Virus record (IMG/VR): IMGVR_UViG_3300033156_000692 | Direction: 5' to 3' (one strand) | DNA length: 64,000 nt | Source of the DNA: a virus | Shown here: positions 16,537 to 24,740 of the stretch, piece by piece | How positions within the stretch are numbered: position 1 is the stretch's first letter | Layout of the letters: each line of letters opens with the position of its first letter | Position numbers and translations under genes: made by a program | The notes under the pieces: model-generated | What the model was told of the DNA's origin: nothing | The model's database searches: none | Seen by the model: only the letters and a program-made list of their open reading frames with translations

Positions 16537-17199
16537 TTATGATCTGTGGTGGTTGTAATGCCGTAAAAACATCTCGCCGAGAAGCATCTTGGCGCCCCCC
16601 GCCTGCGCTGCCATCACCCCAGGTTGGTCCTGGTAAGCGCCCCCGGCCTCCTTTTCTCCATAGGCACGCTTCGGTACATTAGCGCCCCTGAAAAATATTA
16701 CCTGAGAGATGCCCATGCCGATGTAGAGCTTGATCCCGCGGTCTGGATTCAAGTTCTTCAACTCCAATGTGAGGCGCCCGTTCCACCCTGGCTCGATAGG
16801 GACCGCATTCACCAATAGCCCACACCGGGCGTAGCTGGACTTACCAAAACATACCGCAATCAAATCCCGAGGCATGCGGAAATACTCCACCGTTTCCGCA
16901 AGCCATACCTCCCCAGGCGGCATGATGACCGCATCCCCTTCCGTCTCAAATCTCTCCCACTCATCCCGGGAGTCCACCGGATCTAGCGTCCGGATCACCC
17001 CCTCCTCGCTCAATTTCAGCCGCATGAACACCCGGCCGAGCCGCAAGTCATACCCGTAAGACCCCAGCCCGTACGACGGACACCCTTCTTGGCGGGGCAC
17101 AAACGGCTCCAGTAGCGGCTCCGAGTTGAAAAGCGGATCACACAGCCTCTCTATCTCCTCGTCGTTTAGTACTCCCCACCATCGTGTCTCCACCGGCAT
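16537..17199 (-). CDS. dcd: dCTP deaminase (dUTPase superfamily)
   Basis: Dcd motifs (LVNAVPIEPGWNGRLTLELKN..., IKLYIGMGISQVIF); AAAGGAG RBS. Confidence 0.8.
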   Translation of the reverse strand: MPVETRWWGVLNDEEIERLCDPLFNSEPLLEPFVPRQEGCPSYGLGSYGYDLRLGRVFMRLKLSEEGVIRTLDPVDSRDEWERFETEGDAVIMPPGEVWLAETVEYFRMPRDLIAVCFGKSSYARCGLLVNAVPIEPGWNGRLTLELKNLNPDRGIKLYIGMGISQVIFFRGANVPKRAYGEKEAGGAYQDQPGVMAAQAGGAKMLLGEMFLRHYNHHRS

Positions 17200-17202
17200 C
17201 TG

Positions 17203-17394
17203 CTACTCCTTTCTTTCCCCGACTGTCTCCTTGATGTATCGCTCTAGCTGTTCCGCTCCCGCACAGAAGCACGTCACTGCCGCAATCGCAACAACTACCC
17301 GCCACCCAACCGAAAGCCCGGGCCACGACGCCACCAATCCATTCCACCCCGCCGCTGCCCACCACGCCAACCAAAATACCACGCGCTTTGACAT
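17203..17394 (-). CDS. small membrane protein
   Basis: MSKRVVFWLAWWAAAGW...; GGAGGAGG RBS 9 nt upstream. Confidence 0.4.
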   Translation of the reverse strand: MSKRVVFWLAWWAAAGWNGLVASWPGLSVGWRVVVAIAAVTCFCAGAEQLERYIKETVGERKE

Positions 17395-17427
17395 GTCCCT
17401 AAACCTCCTCCCGGATATGCACGTCAT

Positions 17428-17586
17428 TCACCGCCAGTTACTTGCTACTAACGCCATCCCATACAACGCCCCAAACATCCCGATGATTACAAGTGCCCAT
17501 CCACTCTTAATCCGGCCCTCTATCATGCCAATCCCAAAGCCATGTATCAATCCCCCCACGGCCATGAGCACCCACCCAAGCCACAT
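17428..17586 (-). CDS. small membrane protein (52 aa)
   Basis: MWLGWVLMAVGGLIHGFGIGMIEGRIKSGWALVIIGMFGALYGMALVASNWR; GGAGGAGGT RBS; its stop overlaps the next start. Confidence 0.35.
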   Translation of the reverse strand: MWLGWVLMAVGGLIHGFGIGMIEGRIKSGWALVIIGMFGALYGMALVASNWR

Positions 17587-17587
17587 C

Positions 17588-18190
17588 TCATACCTCCTCC
17601 CGGATGTGTACGTCGTTTACCGCCGCCACCCCCAACCGGAACCTGAGTCCAGCTACTAGTGTCGCCCAGTCCTCATACACCAGCTCCGGCCTTTTGAGTT
17701 GCGGCACCAGCTCCACGATAAACTCCCACCACTCGGGCAACCGATGGTCCCTGCGCTGGCGCACCATTCGTTGAAGCGCAAGATAGTTGGTACACACTAT
17801 CCGTCGTTGCCGGAACGATTCCGGAAGCAGTTCCTTCACCCGCCGCCAATCCTCGGCCTCAATGAGGCGGTTGAGCTCATCTAACCACCCCTTCGGGATC
17901 GGATGCTCGAAGTCCTCCTGGGTGAGCGGCCTCTTCGTGATGGTGTGCATCGTGGATTCCGATTGTTTGCTAACACCTACCCGGTAGGTGTCAAATTGCT
18001 GCCACCAGTAGCGCGGCCCCACGATGTCAAGCCAAACCACCATCTGCTCCAGGTACTTGTTATGCCCATCCCCTTTGTGCGCTAGCCTCATCGCCACCGA
18101 GTCCATCCGATCGGGGTCCTGGCGGAACGATAGCGACAGCCCCAGCATCGCCCACTTGTATCCGGCCTCTTCAAGCACCCTTACTTGCAT
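17588..18190 (-). CDS. thyX: ThyX-like (Thy1 family, flavin-dependent thymidylate synthase-like) protein with atypical signature motif
   Basis: H.KYLEQ...DIVGPRYWWQQFDTYRVGVSKQSESTMH resembles the ThyX core, but the canonical RHR is TYR here; only 200 aa. Confidence 0.55.
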   Translation of the reverse strand: MQVRVLEEAGYKWAMLGLSLSFRQDPDRMDSVAMRLAHKGDGHNKYLEQMVVWLDIVGPRYWWQQFDTYRVGVSKQSESTMHTITKRPLTQEDFEHPIPKGWLDELNRLIEAEDWRRVKELLPESFRQRRIVCTNYLALQRMVRQRRDHRLPEWWEFIVELVPQLKRPELVYEDWATLVAGLRFRLGVAAVNDVHIREEV

Positions 18191-18230
18191 GCTCTTCCCC
18201 CCTACGGGTAATCATTCACCTCTGCACATG

Positions 18231-18259
18231 ATTATACATCACTGCGCCGTACTTGTCTA
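18231..18259 (-). promoter_or_regulatory. sigma70-like promoter for the minus-strand thyX operon (TAGACA - 17 nt - TATAAT)
   Basis: Read on the minus strand: -35 at 18259..18254, -10 at 18236..18231. Confidence 0.5.
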
Positions 18260-18280
18260 CTCAAACCCGCGGTTGCAAGT

Positions 18281-18310
18281 GCAAATAATTAGAATGCCGT
18301 TGTTATTTGC
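18281..18310. promoter_or_regulatory. inverted repeat GCAAATAA-N14-TTATTTGC between divergent promoters (candidate operator)
   Basis: 8-bp arms seen in sequence. Confidence 0.4.
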
Positions 18311-18316
18311 ATTACC

Positions 18317-18345
18317 TTGACTTTGGCTTGAGGTGACACTACAAT
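18317..18345 (+). promoter_or_regulatory. sigma70 consensus-like promoter TTGACT - 17 nt - TACAAT driving the RHH regulator gene
   Basis: Exact spacing; followed by AAGGAGGTG RBS and an ATG at 18381. Confidence 0.55.
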
Positions 18346-18380
18346 AGTGCGTGACTCAGAGGACGAAAGGAGGTGTAAGT

Positions 18381-18635
18381 ATGGCCAAGCGTGGCGACGT
18401 AAGCGAAAGCAAGCGGCGGCGCAATCGCGTTATCGTGACTGTCTACTTCTTCCCGGAAGATAAACCCTTGCTGGAAGCCGTCAAGCGGAAGGCACGCCGT
18501 GAGGATCGGTCAATCGCCTCCATCTTCCGGCTGGCGCTACGGGAGTACATGGAACCCGAACTAGCCGACGAGGTCATGGCCAAGGTACGGCAAGATTCGC
18601 TACCTCTTACTGACGCGGCTGAAAAACGCGTTTAA
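18381..18635 (+). CDS. ribbon-helix-helix (CopG/Arc-like) DNA-binding protein
   Basis: RVIVTVYFFPEDKPLLEAVKRKARREDRSIASIFRLALREY is an RHH fold signature. Confidence 0.6.
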   Translation: MAKRGDVSESKRRRNRVIVTVYFFPEDKPLLEAVKRKARREDRSIASIFRLALREYMEPELADEVMAKVRQDSLPLTDAAEKRV

Positions 18636-19113
18636 TCCGCTCCCTTAAAGGCGGCTTGGGGGGCGGCTTCAGCGCCAGCGGCATCATGGTGCTGATCTGA
18701 TCCTGGAGGTGGGCAACTTGGGAACGCAAGAAGTTCACTTCCGACTCCAATTGGGCGATGCGCCGATCCTTCTCCGCAACTAACAGCCCCCACGCCCCGA
18801 CATCCGGCTGGGGGCTGTTCTCTTTTTTCTCCTCAGCACGCCCCATCTCTTCCGCCACCATCTCGATCGCTTCCTCGGTGGCTACCCCTTGGCGACGTAA
18901 ATCCTCCAGCCGCCGCAATATCTCAATTGCATTCCCATCCAGTAAAATAGCCCCCTTTTGTCCCGACCTGATGTAGGGGGCAAGTAGCTGGCGAGCAGCG
19001 GAAATCCTCCGGTACGCTTGCCTCTTGCTGATGCCAAGCGCTTCAGCTACATCATCGACCGTAAGCACCATTCCTCCTTTCCACTTCCTTACCGCTAACC
19101 GTACCACCCCCAC
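18607..19113 (-). CDS. HTH (MerR/excisionase-like) DNA-binding protein with coiled coil
   Basis: LTVDDVAEALGISKRQAYRRI helix-turn-helix; alternative start ATG at 19069. Confidence 0.5.
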   Translation of the reverse strand: MGVVRLAVRKWKGGMVLTVDDVAEALGISKRQAYRRISAARQLLAPYIRSGQKGAILLDGNAIEILRRLEDLRRQGVATEEAIEMVAEEMGRAEEKKENSPQPDVGAWGLLVAEKDRRIAQLESEVNFLRSQVAHLQDQISTMMPLALKPPPKPPLRERIKRVFQPRQ

Positions 19114-19285
19114 ACCTCAAGGACACCCGTCCCGTACTTGACACTCATGGGGCACTTGCGGTAGGGTGTAACCCACATAACACGCGGCCTTTAAGACTGG
19201 TGCATCCGGGTAAGGGGGCCGAAAAGGGAACGCCCCGTGTTAGGGGCACGGGGCGGGAACGGCCTCTCCCGGTGAGGGAGGAGTA

Positions 19286-19924
19286 TTGGCTACCGGCACT
19301 ATACCACGCGCCGGCGGCGCTGTCAAGCGCCCCCGGGTACTGGCTAGAATGCCCATCAGTTGTCGCATCGTCTTCGATGTGGTTCGCACCCTGCCATCTC
19401 CCGAGGTCTCACTGAGAGGGCTCGCGGCCATGTGTCGCCTGTCTCCCACCCAAACCCGCCGCGCCCTCATCCGCCTCCACGCCGCCCACCTCATCCGCTG
19501 GACCCCGGGGCGCCCCGGGAAAACATCGTGCGTGATCTCGCGGTGGCGGACTTTTCCACAGCCGGGTGTTTCCCCCGCCCCATATAAAGACTTCCCCACC
19601 CCAGAGAAGGGATTTAGCCATACGGGCCTGCGCCCCCAATTAACGCCCCGCGCCCACCGCTGGGCCATGGCCCGGCTGCGGGAAGAGATCCGTCGCTACC
19701 CCGTCGGGTGGCCGCGGCGGAATCGCCTCCTGGCGGCCCTGAGCCCGCCGCTTTTGGCCTCCATCACCGATGGCCGTGTCTCAACCCCTCGGGATCTCTC
19801 CCGGCTGGTTAGGCGCCTGATAGGACTCCTCCGCCAGGCCGAGAACATCACCGGCTCCCTGAAAGCCGCCCACGCCTGGGCCAACTGGGCGGTGGCCGTC
19901 GCCCTCGGGGAAAGGAGGGGGTAG
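19286..19924 (+). CDS. hypothetical protein (possible winged-helix)
   Basis: Long ORF in a GC-rich region with weak start signals; several antisense ORFs also open here. Confidence 0.25.
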   Translation: MATGTIPRAGGAVKRPRVLARMPISCRIVFDVVRTLPSPEVSLRGLAAMCRLSPTQTRRALIRLHAAHLIRWTPGRPGKTSCVISRWRTFPQPGVSPAPYKDFPTPEKGFSHTGLRPQLTPRAHRWAMARLREEIRRYPVGWPRRNRLLAALSPPLLASITDGRVSTPRDLSRLVRRLIGLLRQAENITGSLKAAHAWANWAVAVALGERRG

Positions 19925-20040
19925 GAGGCGAGAGGAGGGGGAAGAGGAGGGAGGAGAGAGAGGAGAGAGGGGGGACTATAGGGGGGTGAGAGGAGTGAGT
20001 GAAGGGAGCAGTTAGGGGGAGGAGAGCGGTAGTTGGGGAA
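19915..20040 (+). repeat. ~125-bp homopurine (GA-rich) tract
   Basis: gggtaggaggcgagaggagggggaagaggagggaggagagagaggagagagggggg... almost exclusively G/A on the plus strand. Confidence 0.8.
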
Positions 20041-20216
20041 GAAAAGGGGTACTCGCCTTACGGCTCGTACCCGTCGTACGCTATTCGTAATACTCATAGC
20101 GTACGACTAAAGACCTGGTTTATTTTTTATGTGCGTTTAAGAACAAAAATGCTGCTAAGAAAGCTTAACTGTAACAGTACTAAGGCCCTTAGCTACGTCG
20201 GCGCACGGCGTGCCTC

Positions 20217-20245
20217 TTGACACCCCCACAATTAGGGCCTATAAT
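20217..20245 (+). promoter_or_regulatory. perfect sigma70 consensus promoter TTGACA - 17 nt - TATAAT
   Basis: Seen directly; sits in an AT-rich stretch just upstream of the metallophosphoesterase gene. Confidence 0.6.
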
Positions 20246-20270
20246 GTGCCGTCATGTGCAGGTATGCACA

Positions 20271-21110
20271 GTGCATAATCGAGAGGGGGTGGTTGCCACG
20301 GCCAAGAAGAGCCGTCTCGTTGTAGCGCTGGCCGATTTTCACTGTGGCCACCGTGCGGGATTAACACCACCTAGCTGGCAATGGTCCACCGCCAGCAAGG
20401 ACCCCACTCAATCCAAGTGGGCTCACATTCAGGAGGAACTATGGGCCGCATACAAAAGCTTGGTTTCGGAATTCAAAAAACCGGACCTCCTCATCGTGAA
20501 TGGCGATCTCATCGACGGCCCAGGACCGAAATCTGGCGGCACCGAGCAAGTCACCACCGACCTTCAAGTGCAATGTACCATGGCTGCTGAGGCCATTGAG
20601 CTCTGGAACCCCAAGCGCGTCATCGCAAGCTACGGCACACCCTACCACTCGTCGTTTGCCGGACAAGACTGGGAGAGGTTAGTGATGCGCCTTTTGGGTG
20701 ATGGCGCTGAGATACATTCCCACCCATTTGTCGAAGTGAACGGCGTTATGTTTGACGTCCGGCACTACGGCGGCCGCCCGCAACTGCCCTACACTCGCGG
20801 TACTTCACTTGGTAAGCAATGGCTGTACAACTTGCTATGGGCCATCAGAGAAGAACAACCACTTGGCCGCATCATCCTTCGTGCCCACGTTCATAGCGCT
20901 GCTTACGTCGGGGGCTATCGCCCGGACTGGCTCGCCATATTCCAACCTGCCTTGCAAGCCGCAGGCACCAAATACGGCGGCCGCCAATGCAGCACCACCG
21001 TTGACTGGGGGATCGTCGCCTTCGAGGTTACACCCGAAGGGAACTTCACATGGGAGACGAAATTACTGTCATTGGAGGCCAACAAGACAGAGCCAATCCG
21101 CTTGAGCTAA
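20271..21110 (+). CDS. calcineurin-like metallophosphoesterase
   Basis: DFHCGH, NGDLIDG, RAHVHS motifs (D-x-H / GDxxD / GHxH). Start is uncertain (GTG 20271 or 20289); the ORF-track start at 20217 lies inside the promoter. Confidence 0.6.
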   Translation: MHNREGVVATAKKSRLVVALADFHCGHRAGLTPPSWQWSTASKDPTQSKWAHIQEELWAAYKSLVSEFKKPDLLIVNGDLIDGPGPKSGGTEQVTTDLQVQCTMAAEAIELWNPKRVIASYGTPYHSSFAGQDWERLVMRLLGDGAEIHSHPFVEVNGVMFDVRHYGGRPQLPYTRGTSLGKQWLYNLLWAIREEQPLGRIILRAHVHSAAYVGGYRPDWLAIFQPALQAAGTKYGGRQCSTTVDWGIVAFEVTPEGNFTWETKLLSLEANKTEPIRLS

Positions 21111-21114
21111 GGTC

Positions 21115-21538
21115 AATGCGGATGGCGGTACGGACACTGGACCTCGGGGATGGGCTGGAGCCCGATCCACTAAATCCAGATGAATACGTCTTGGTGAAAA
21201 ACATAGCCGCAGCCCTTGGCGTCAGCGGGGATACGGTTAAGCACTACCTTCGCCGTCGAGGCTTTGATCTGCTGAAGGTGAGGCTGTACGAGACGCGGGG
21301 GCAACCGACACTGGCCCTGCGCCGTGAGGATACCGAAAGGTTTATCTCCATGTGGACATCGGAAGGGCGCCCGATGACCTCAGAAGCATTGTTCCTACTG
21401 CGGGGAGGGCATGATGATTTCCATTCCTCACCAAAAGATGACTTGGTCGGTGTCTTGTTAAAACTTAGTCAACTTAGTCAAGAGATGGCCGAACTGACAA
21501 AGCAAGTGGCGTCACTTGTGGGATGGAGGAGATTATGA
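21115..21538 (+). CDS. hypothetical HTH-containing protein
   Basis: YVLVKNIAAALGVSGDTVKHYLRRRGF helix-turn-helix-like. Confidence 0.4.
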
Positions 21539-21738
21539 AACAAGCCCTACGCGAAGTTAGGGGCACTTGCTGTCTCAGCGGCATGGAAGTCAAATATGCC
21601 CAAATCGATGTACTGAGCCTTGAATTTCAGCATTTAAAAGACATGATGCTTGATACAATCGGTGAAGATGCGTTATGCGAGTACGACTTCACTATTGAGA
21701 TTGCCGCCAAACGGAGAGATAACAACTCTGCACAGTAG
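21535..21738 (+). CDS. hypothetical protein
   Basis: ATG with GGAGGAG RBS. Confidence 0.35.
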   Translation: MKQALREVRGTCCLSGMEVKYAQIDVLSLEFQHLKDMMLDTIGEDALCEYDFTIEIAAKRRDNNSAQ

Positions 21739-21765
21739 AAGGGGCCGGACGTTTCCCGGCCCCAC

Positions 21766-23646
21766 CTATTTCACCATGCTCCTCTCTCTGAATTCCTGCT
21801 GTTTGCCCGGATTCCACTGCTGGACCGGCCTCAAATAGCCCACTACCCGGGAGTACACCTCAGTGGAGCTCCCACACTCAGGACATTCGGACACCTCGCC
21901 GGCGATGTAGCCATGAACCGGGCACACCGAGAACGTGGGGGTGATGGTGATGTACGGCAAGGGGGCATACTGGAACACCTTTCTCACAAGCACCTTAGCT
22001 GCCCCAGCTGTGGTCCTCTCCCCCAGCCACAGATGGAGCACCGTCCCGCCGGTGTACTTGGACTGGAGCTCGCTTTGGTGCTCTAAGATGCGGAACAGAT
22101 CCCACCCGCAGTCCACTGGCAGAAGAGAGGCTTGGGTGTAATACCACCCGGGCGCCTCGCCAGAGGCATACATATCCGGATGGAGCTCCTTATCTATCCT
22201 CGCTAGCCGGTGACTGGCCCCTTCAGCCGGCGTTGCTTCTAGGTTGAATAGGTAATGCTCCCCTTTAAAGACCTCGTTCCAAAAATCAAGCTGCTCCAGG
22301 ATAAAATCCAGTACCTTCGAGGCCCATTCCTTCCCAGACGGAGTGTCAATACCTTCCCCCATCAGGTTCATCCGTGCCTCGTGCATGCCAACGATGCCGA
22401 TGGTCATAAAGTGCTGCCCCCAGTAACCGCCGGTTGTGTCCTTGACTCCTTGGAGCCAGTAGCGACTGTAGGGGTAGAGGCCCTTTTTTTCGGTCATCTC
22501 TTCCAGGAACTTTCGCTTGGCGATTAGTCCATGGACGGCCATGCGGATGTGCTCCCGCAGGTAATACAAGAACTCGTGGTGGGTTCCACCCTCATACGCC
22601 AGCCGTGGCAAATTGATGGTAACCACCCCGATGCTGCCGGTAAGCGGGTGGGAGGCGAAGATGCCGCCCTTACGTGGGAGCTTCCCTACATCCAGCCGCA
22701 GCCGGCAACACATGGACCGGATCTCATCCCGCGTTCGCCCCGTGGTGATGAAGTTGGCGAAGTAGGGGATGCCGTACTTTGCGGTGGCTTCCCACATGGG
22801 TTCCAGGTCCGGGTCATCCCATGGGAAGTCGTGGTTGATGTCAATAGTTGGGATAGGAAAAGAAAAAGGCCTCCCTGCGGCGTCGCCCTCACACATCACC
22901 TCGAAGAACGCCCGCTGGAGCATCCGCATTTCCGCCTTGAGCTCCCCGTAGGTGTACTTCTGCGGGATGCCGCCGACGATGGCGGGCTTTGAGGCAAGTC
23001 CGTTTGGGGGTTCGACATCCAGCGTGATATTGGTAAATGGCGGCTGGCCGCCAACGCGGGTGGGTACATTAAGATTAAATATAAATTCCTGAACAAGCTG
23101 TTTGACTTCTCTGTAGTCAAGACCATCTTCCCTCACGAATGGGGCCATCAGCGTATCCCAGTTGGACACTGCCACGGCTCCCGCTGCCTCGCCCTGCATC
23201 GTAAAAAGAAAATTCACCAGCTGAAGCAGGGCAGTGGAAAGGTGCTTGGGGGGATTACTCTGGAGGGCACCGGGCTTTCCGCCGAACCCCCGGATGATGA
23301 GATCCGCTAGATCCCATCCGACACAGTATGGCGTTAGTGGTCCCCGCAGGTCGTGGATATGGACATATCCCTCCCGGTGGGCTTTGCTGAGTTCTGCGGG
23401 GTAAACCTCCTCAAGCCAAAATTCCTCCGTGATGGCCCCCGCGAGGTAGAGCCCGAGGCCCTGGGCGCTAAACCCGATGTTGGCGTTTTCCGAAACGCGC
23501 CAATCTGCACGCTTAAGATAAGTTGTAACAAGATCTCTAGACATGCTGCACTCCTTTCTGGGGGAAATCGCGGTGATGGTAACTCGAATACCCTCTAAGG
23601 ACAACACTTGACTACGCGGCGCTGTACTTGTATAATGGCCGTACAA
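21766..23646 (-). CDS. nrdD: anaerobic ribonucleoside-triphosphate reductase (class III)
   Basis: C-terminal glycyl-radical motif RVVGYL and zinc ribbon CPVHGY...CPECG; 626 aa. Confidence 0.9.
   Translation of the reverse strand: MYGHYTSTAPRSQVLSLEGIRVTITAISPRKECSMSRDLVTTYLKRADWRVSENANIGFSAQGLGLYLAGAITEEFWLEEVYPAELSKAHREGYVHIHDLRGPLTPYCVGWDLADLIIRGFGGKPGALQSNPPKHLSTALLQLVNFLFTMQGEAAGAVAVSNWDTLMAPFVREDGLDYREVKQLVQEFIFNLNVPTRVGGQPPFTNITLDVEPPNGLASKPAIVGGIPQKYTYGELKAEMRMLQRAFFEVMCEGDAAGRPFSFPIPTIDINHDFPWDDPDLEPMWEATAKYGIPYFANFITTGRTRDEIRSMCCRLRLDVGKLPRKGGIFASHPLTGSIGVVTINLPRLAYEGGTHHEFLYYLREHIRMAVHGLIAKRKFLEEMTEKKGLYPYSRYWLQGVKDTTGGYWGQHFMTIGIVGMHEARMNLMGEGIDTPSGKEWASKVLDFILEQLDFWNEVFKGEHYLFNLEATPAEGASHRLARIDKELHPDMYASGEAPGWYYTQASLLPVDCGWDLFRILEHQSELQSKYTGGTVLHLWLGERTTAGAAKVLVRKVFQYAPLPYITITPTFSVCPVHGYIAGEVSECPECGSSTEVYSRVVGYLRPVQQWNPGKQQEFRERSMVK
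23608..23636 (+). promoter_or_regulatory. sigma70 consensus-like promoter TTGACT - 17 nt - TATAAT
   Basis: Seen directly upstream of the SSB-like gene. Confidence 0.55.
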
Positions 23647-23663
23647 GAAGCGCTGGCAAGGGG

Positions 23664-24026
23664 GTGGAGATTTTGAACGTTGTCTGTTTGAGTGGTTATC
23701 TGGCCCAAGATCCAGCCATGGTTGGGAGCGACGAGCGGGCCAGTTGCCGGCTGAGGATTGCCATCAATGGCTGGCGCCGTGCGGGAGATGGCTGGCAGGA
23801 GCACACCGATTTCTTTGATGTCTACATTTCTGGAAAGCAAGGCACTGCTGTAATGAACAAAGCCCATAAGGGGGCCTTCGCCTCGGTGCTTGGGCATCTG
23901 GTGACCGGCAAAAGCGGCCGGGGTGTTTACATCAAGGGCGACAAGGTGACAATCGTGCCGCGCCAGCCATCTAGCCAGCTGCAAGGGGATGCCCCCGTAG
24001 AAGAGGAGGTAGAGATCCCCTTCTAG
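23664..24026 (+). CDS. ssb: single-stranded DNA-binding (OB-fold) protein-like
   Basis: LNVVCLSGYLAQDP...WQEHTDFFDVYISGKQGTAVMNKAHKG resembles the SSB OB-fold. Start is GTG 23664 or TTG 23673; the ATG at 23635 lies inside the -10 box. Confidence 0.5.
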   Translation: MEILNVVCLSGYLAQDPAMVGSDERASCRLRIAINGWRRAGDGWQEHTDFFDVYISGKQGTAVMNKAHKGAFASVLGHLVTGKSGRGVYIKGDKVTIVPRQPSSQLQGDAPVEEEVEIPF

Positions 24027-24057
24027 GGGCTCCCCTGGCGAAAAGGAGCGGACCCTG

Positions 24058-24720
24058 CTAGTCCAACAGGGTCCGCTTTAATTTTTCTAGACCCTCCTCT
24101 CCAAGTACCCCTTCTAGCTCCTTCATCAGTTTTTCCCTGATCTCCCGTCGGTGCATTGGGGGATCACCATCAAGGAAACTCTGTACTGCCTGGCGGACCT
24201 CTGGCGAGCAATGTTTCTCTACCAGAGACAGGAATTGAATTTCCGCCGCGACCCTATCTGGGTCAAATCCCCGATCCGGCGTGTGGTTGTGGTCAATATA
24301 GTCCCCGGCCGCAATCAAATACCGGATCTCGCGCCTGTCTTGGGCTGCCTTTTGGCGCCGGATGAAAGTGCGGATACACAGATTCGCCCACTGATTGAAC
24401 GGGATTCTGCCCGGCTGGTAGTGGGTCACCGCCCACCACAGCCCCTCAGCGGCATAGGAGGCTACTTCGTCGTGAGTCGGCCAGGGGGCACCATGTGGCT
24501 TGTGGGATTGCTTGCGGTCCTCGGGTTTTCCTTCGGCAAGGGCGAAGTAGAGAATGCGCGCAGAGTTGTGCTTGAACAACTTCTCTTGAGCCACCTCATC
24601 GCCCTTGGCCGCCTTGTACGCCAATATCCTCTCCTCACTTTCCGTGAGGGGAGGGTATGCCTGGGCCAGTTTTTGCCATTCTCGAAGGGTGCGTGATTTT
24701 TTGATGTCGTCGGTTCTCAT
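24058..24720 (-). CDS. sigma-70 family RNA polymerase sigma factor
   Basis: Region 2.1/2.2-like AYKAAKGDEVAQEKLFKHNSARILYFA and region 2.3-like GLWWAVTHYQPGRIPFNQWANLCIRTFIRR; GGAGGTAAAA RBS at the internal ATG. The low-complexity N-terminal extension in the ORF track was discarded. Confidence 0.55.
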   Translation of the reverse strand: MRTDDIKKSRTLREWQKLAQAYPPLTESEERILAYKAAKGDEVAQEKLFKHNSARILYFALAEGKPEDRKQSHKPHGAPWPTHDEVASYAAEGLWWAVTHYQPGRIPFNQWANLCIRTFIRRQKAAQDRREIRYLIAAGDYIDHNHTPDRGFDPDRVAAEIQFLSLVEKHCSPEVRQAVQSFLDGDPPMHRREIREKLMKELEGVLGEEGLEKLKRTLLD

Positions 24721-24740
24721 TTTTACCTCCTGCAAAAGGT

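Noticed and set aside
19696-20097. 133-aa minus-strand ORF with PPLPPPL low-complexity translation
   Set aside because: It is the mirror image of the homopurine tract; a compositional artefact.
23628-23663. ORF-track start (ATG 23635 region) for the SSB-like gene, and TTG 20217 for the phosphoesterase gene
   Set aside because: These start codons lie inside the -35/-10 elements of the consensus promoters, so they would be upstream of the transcription start. Downstream GTG/TTG starts with RBSs were preferred.
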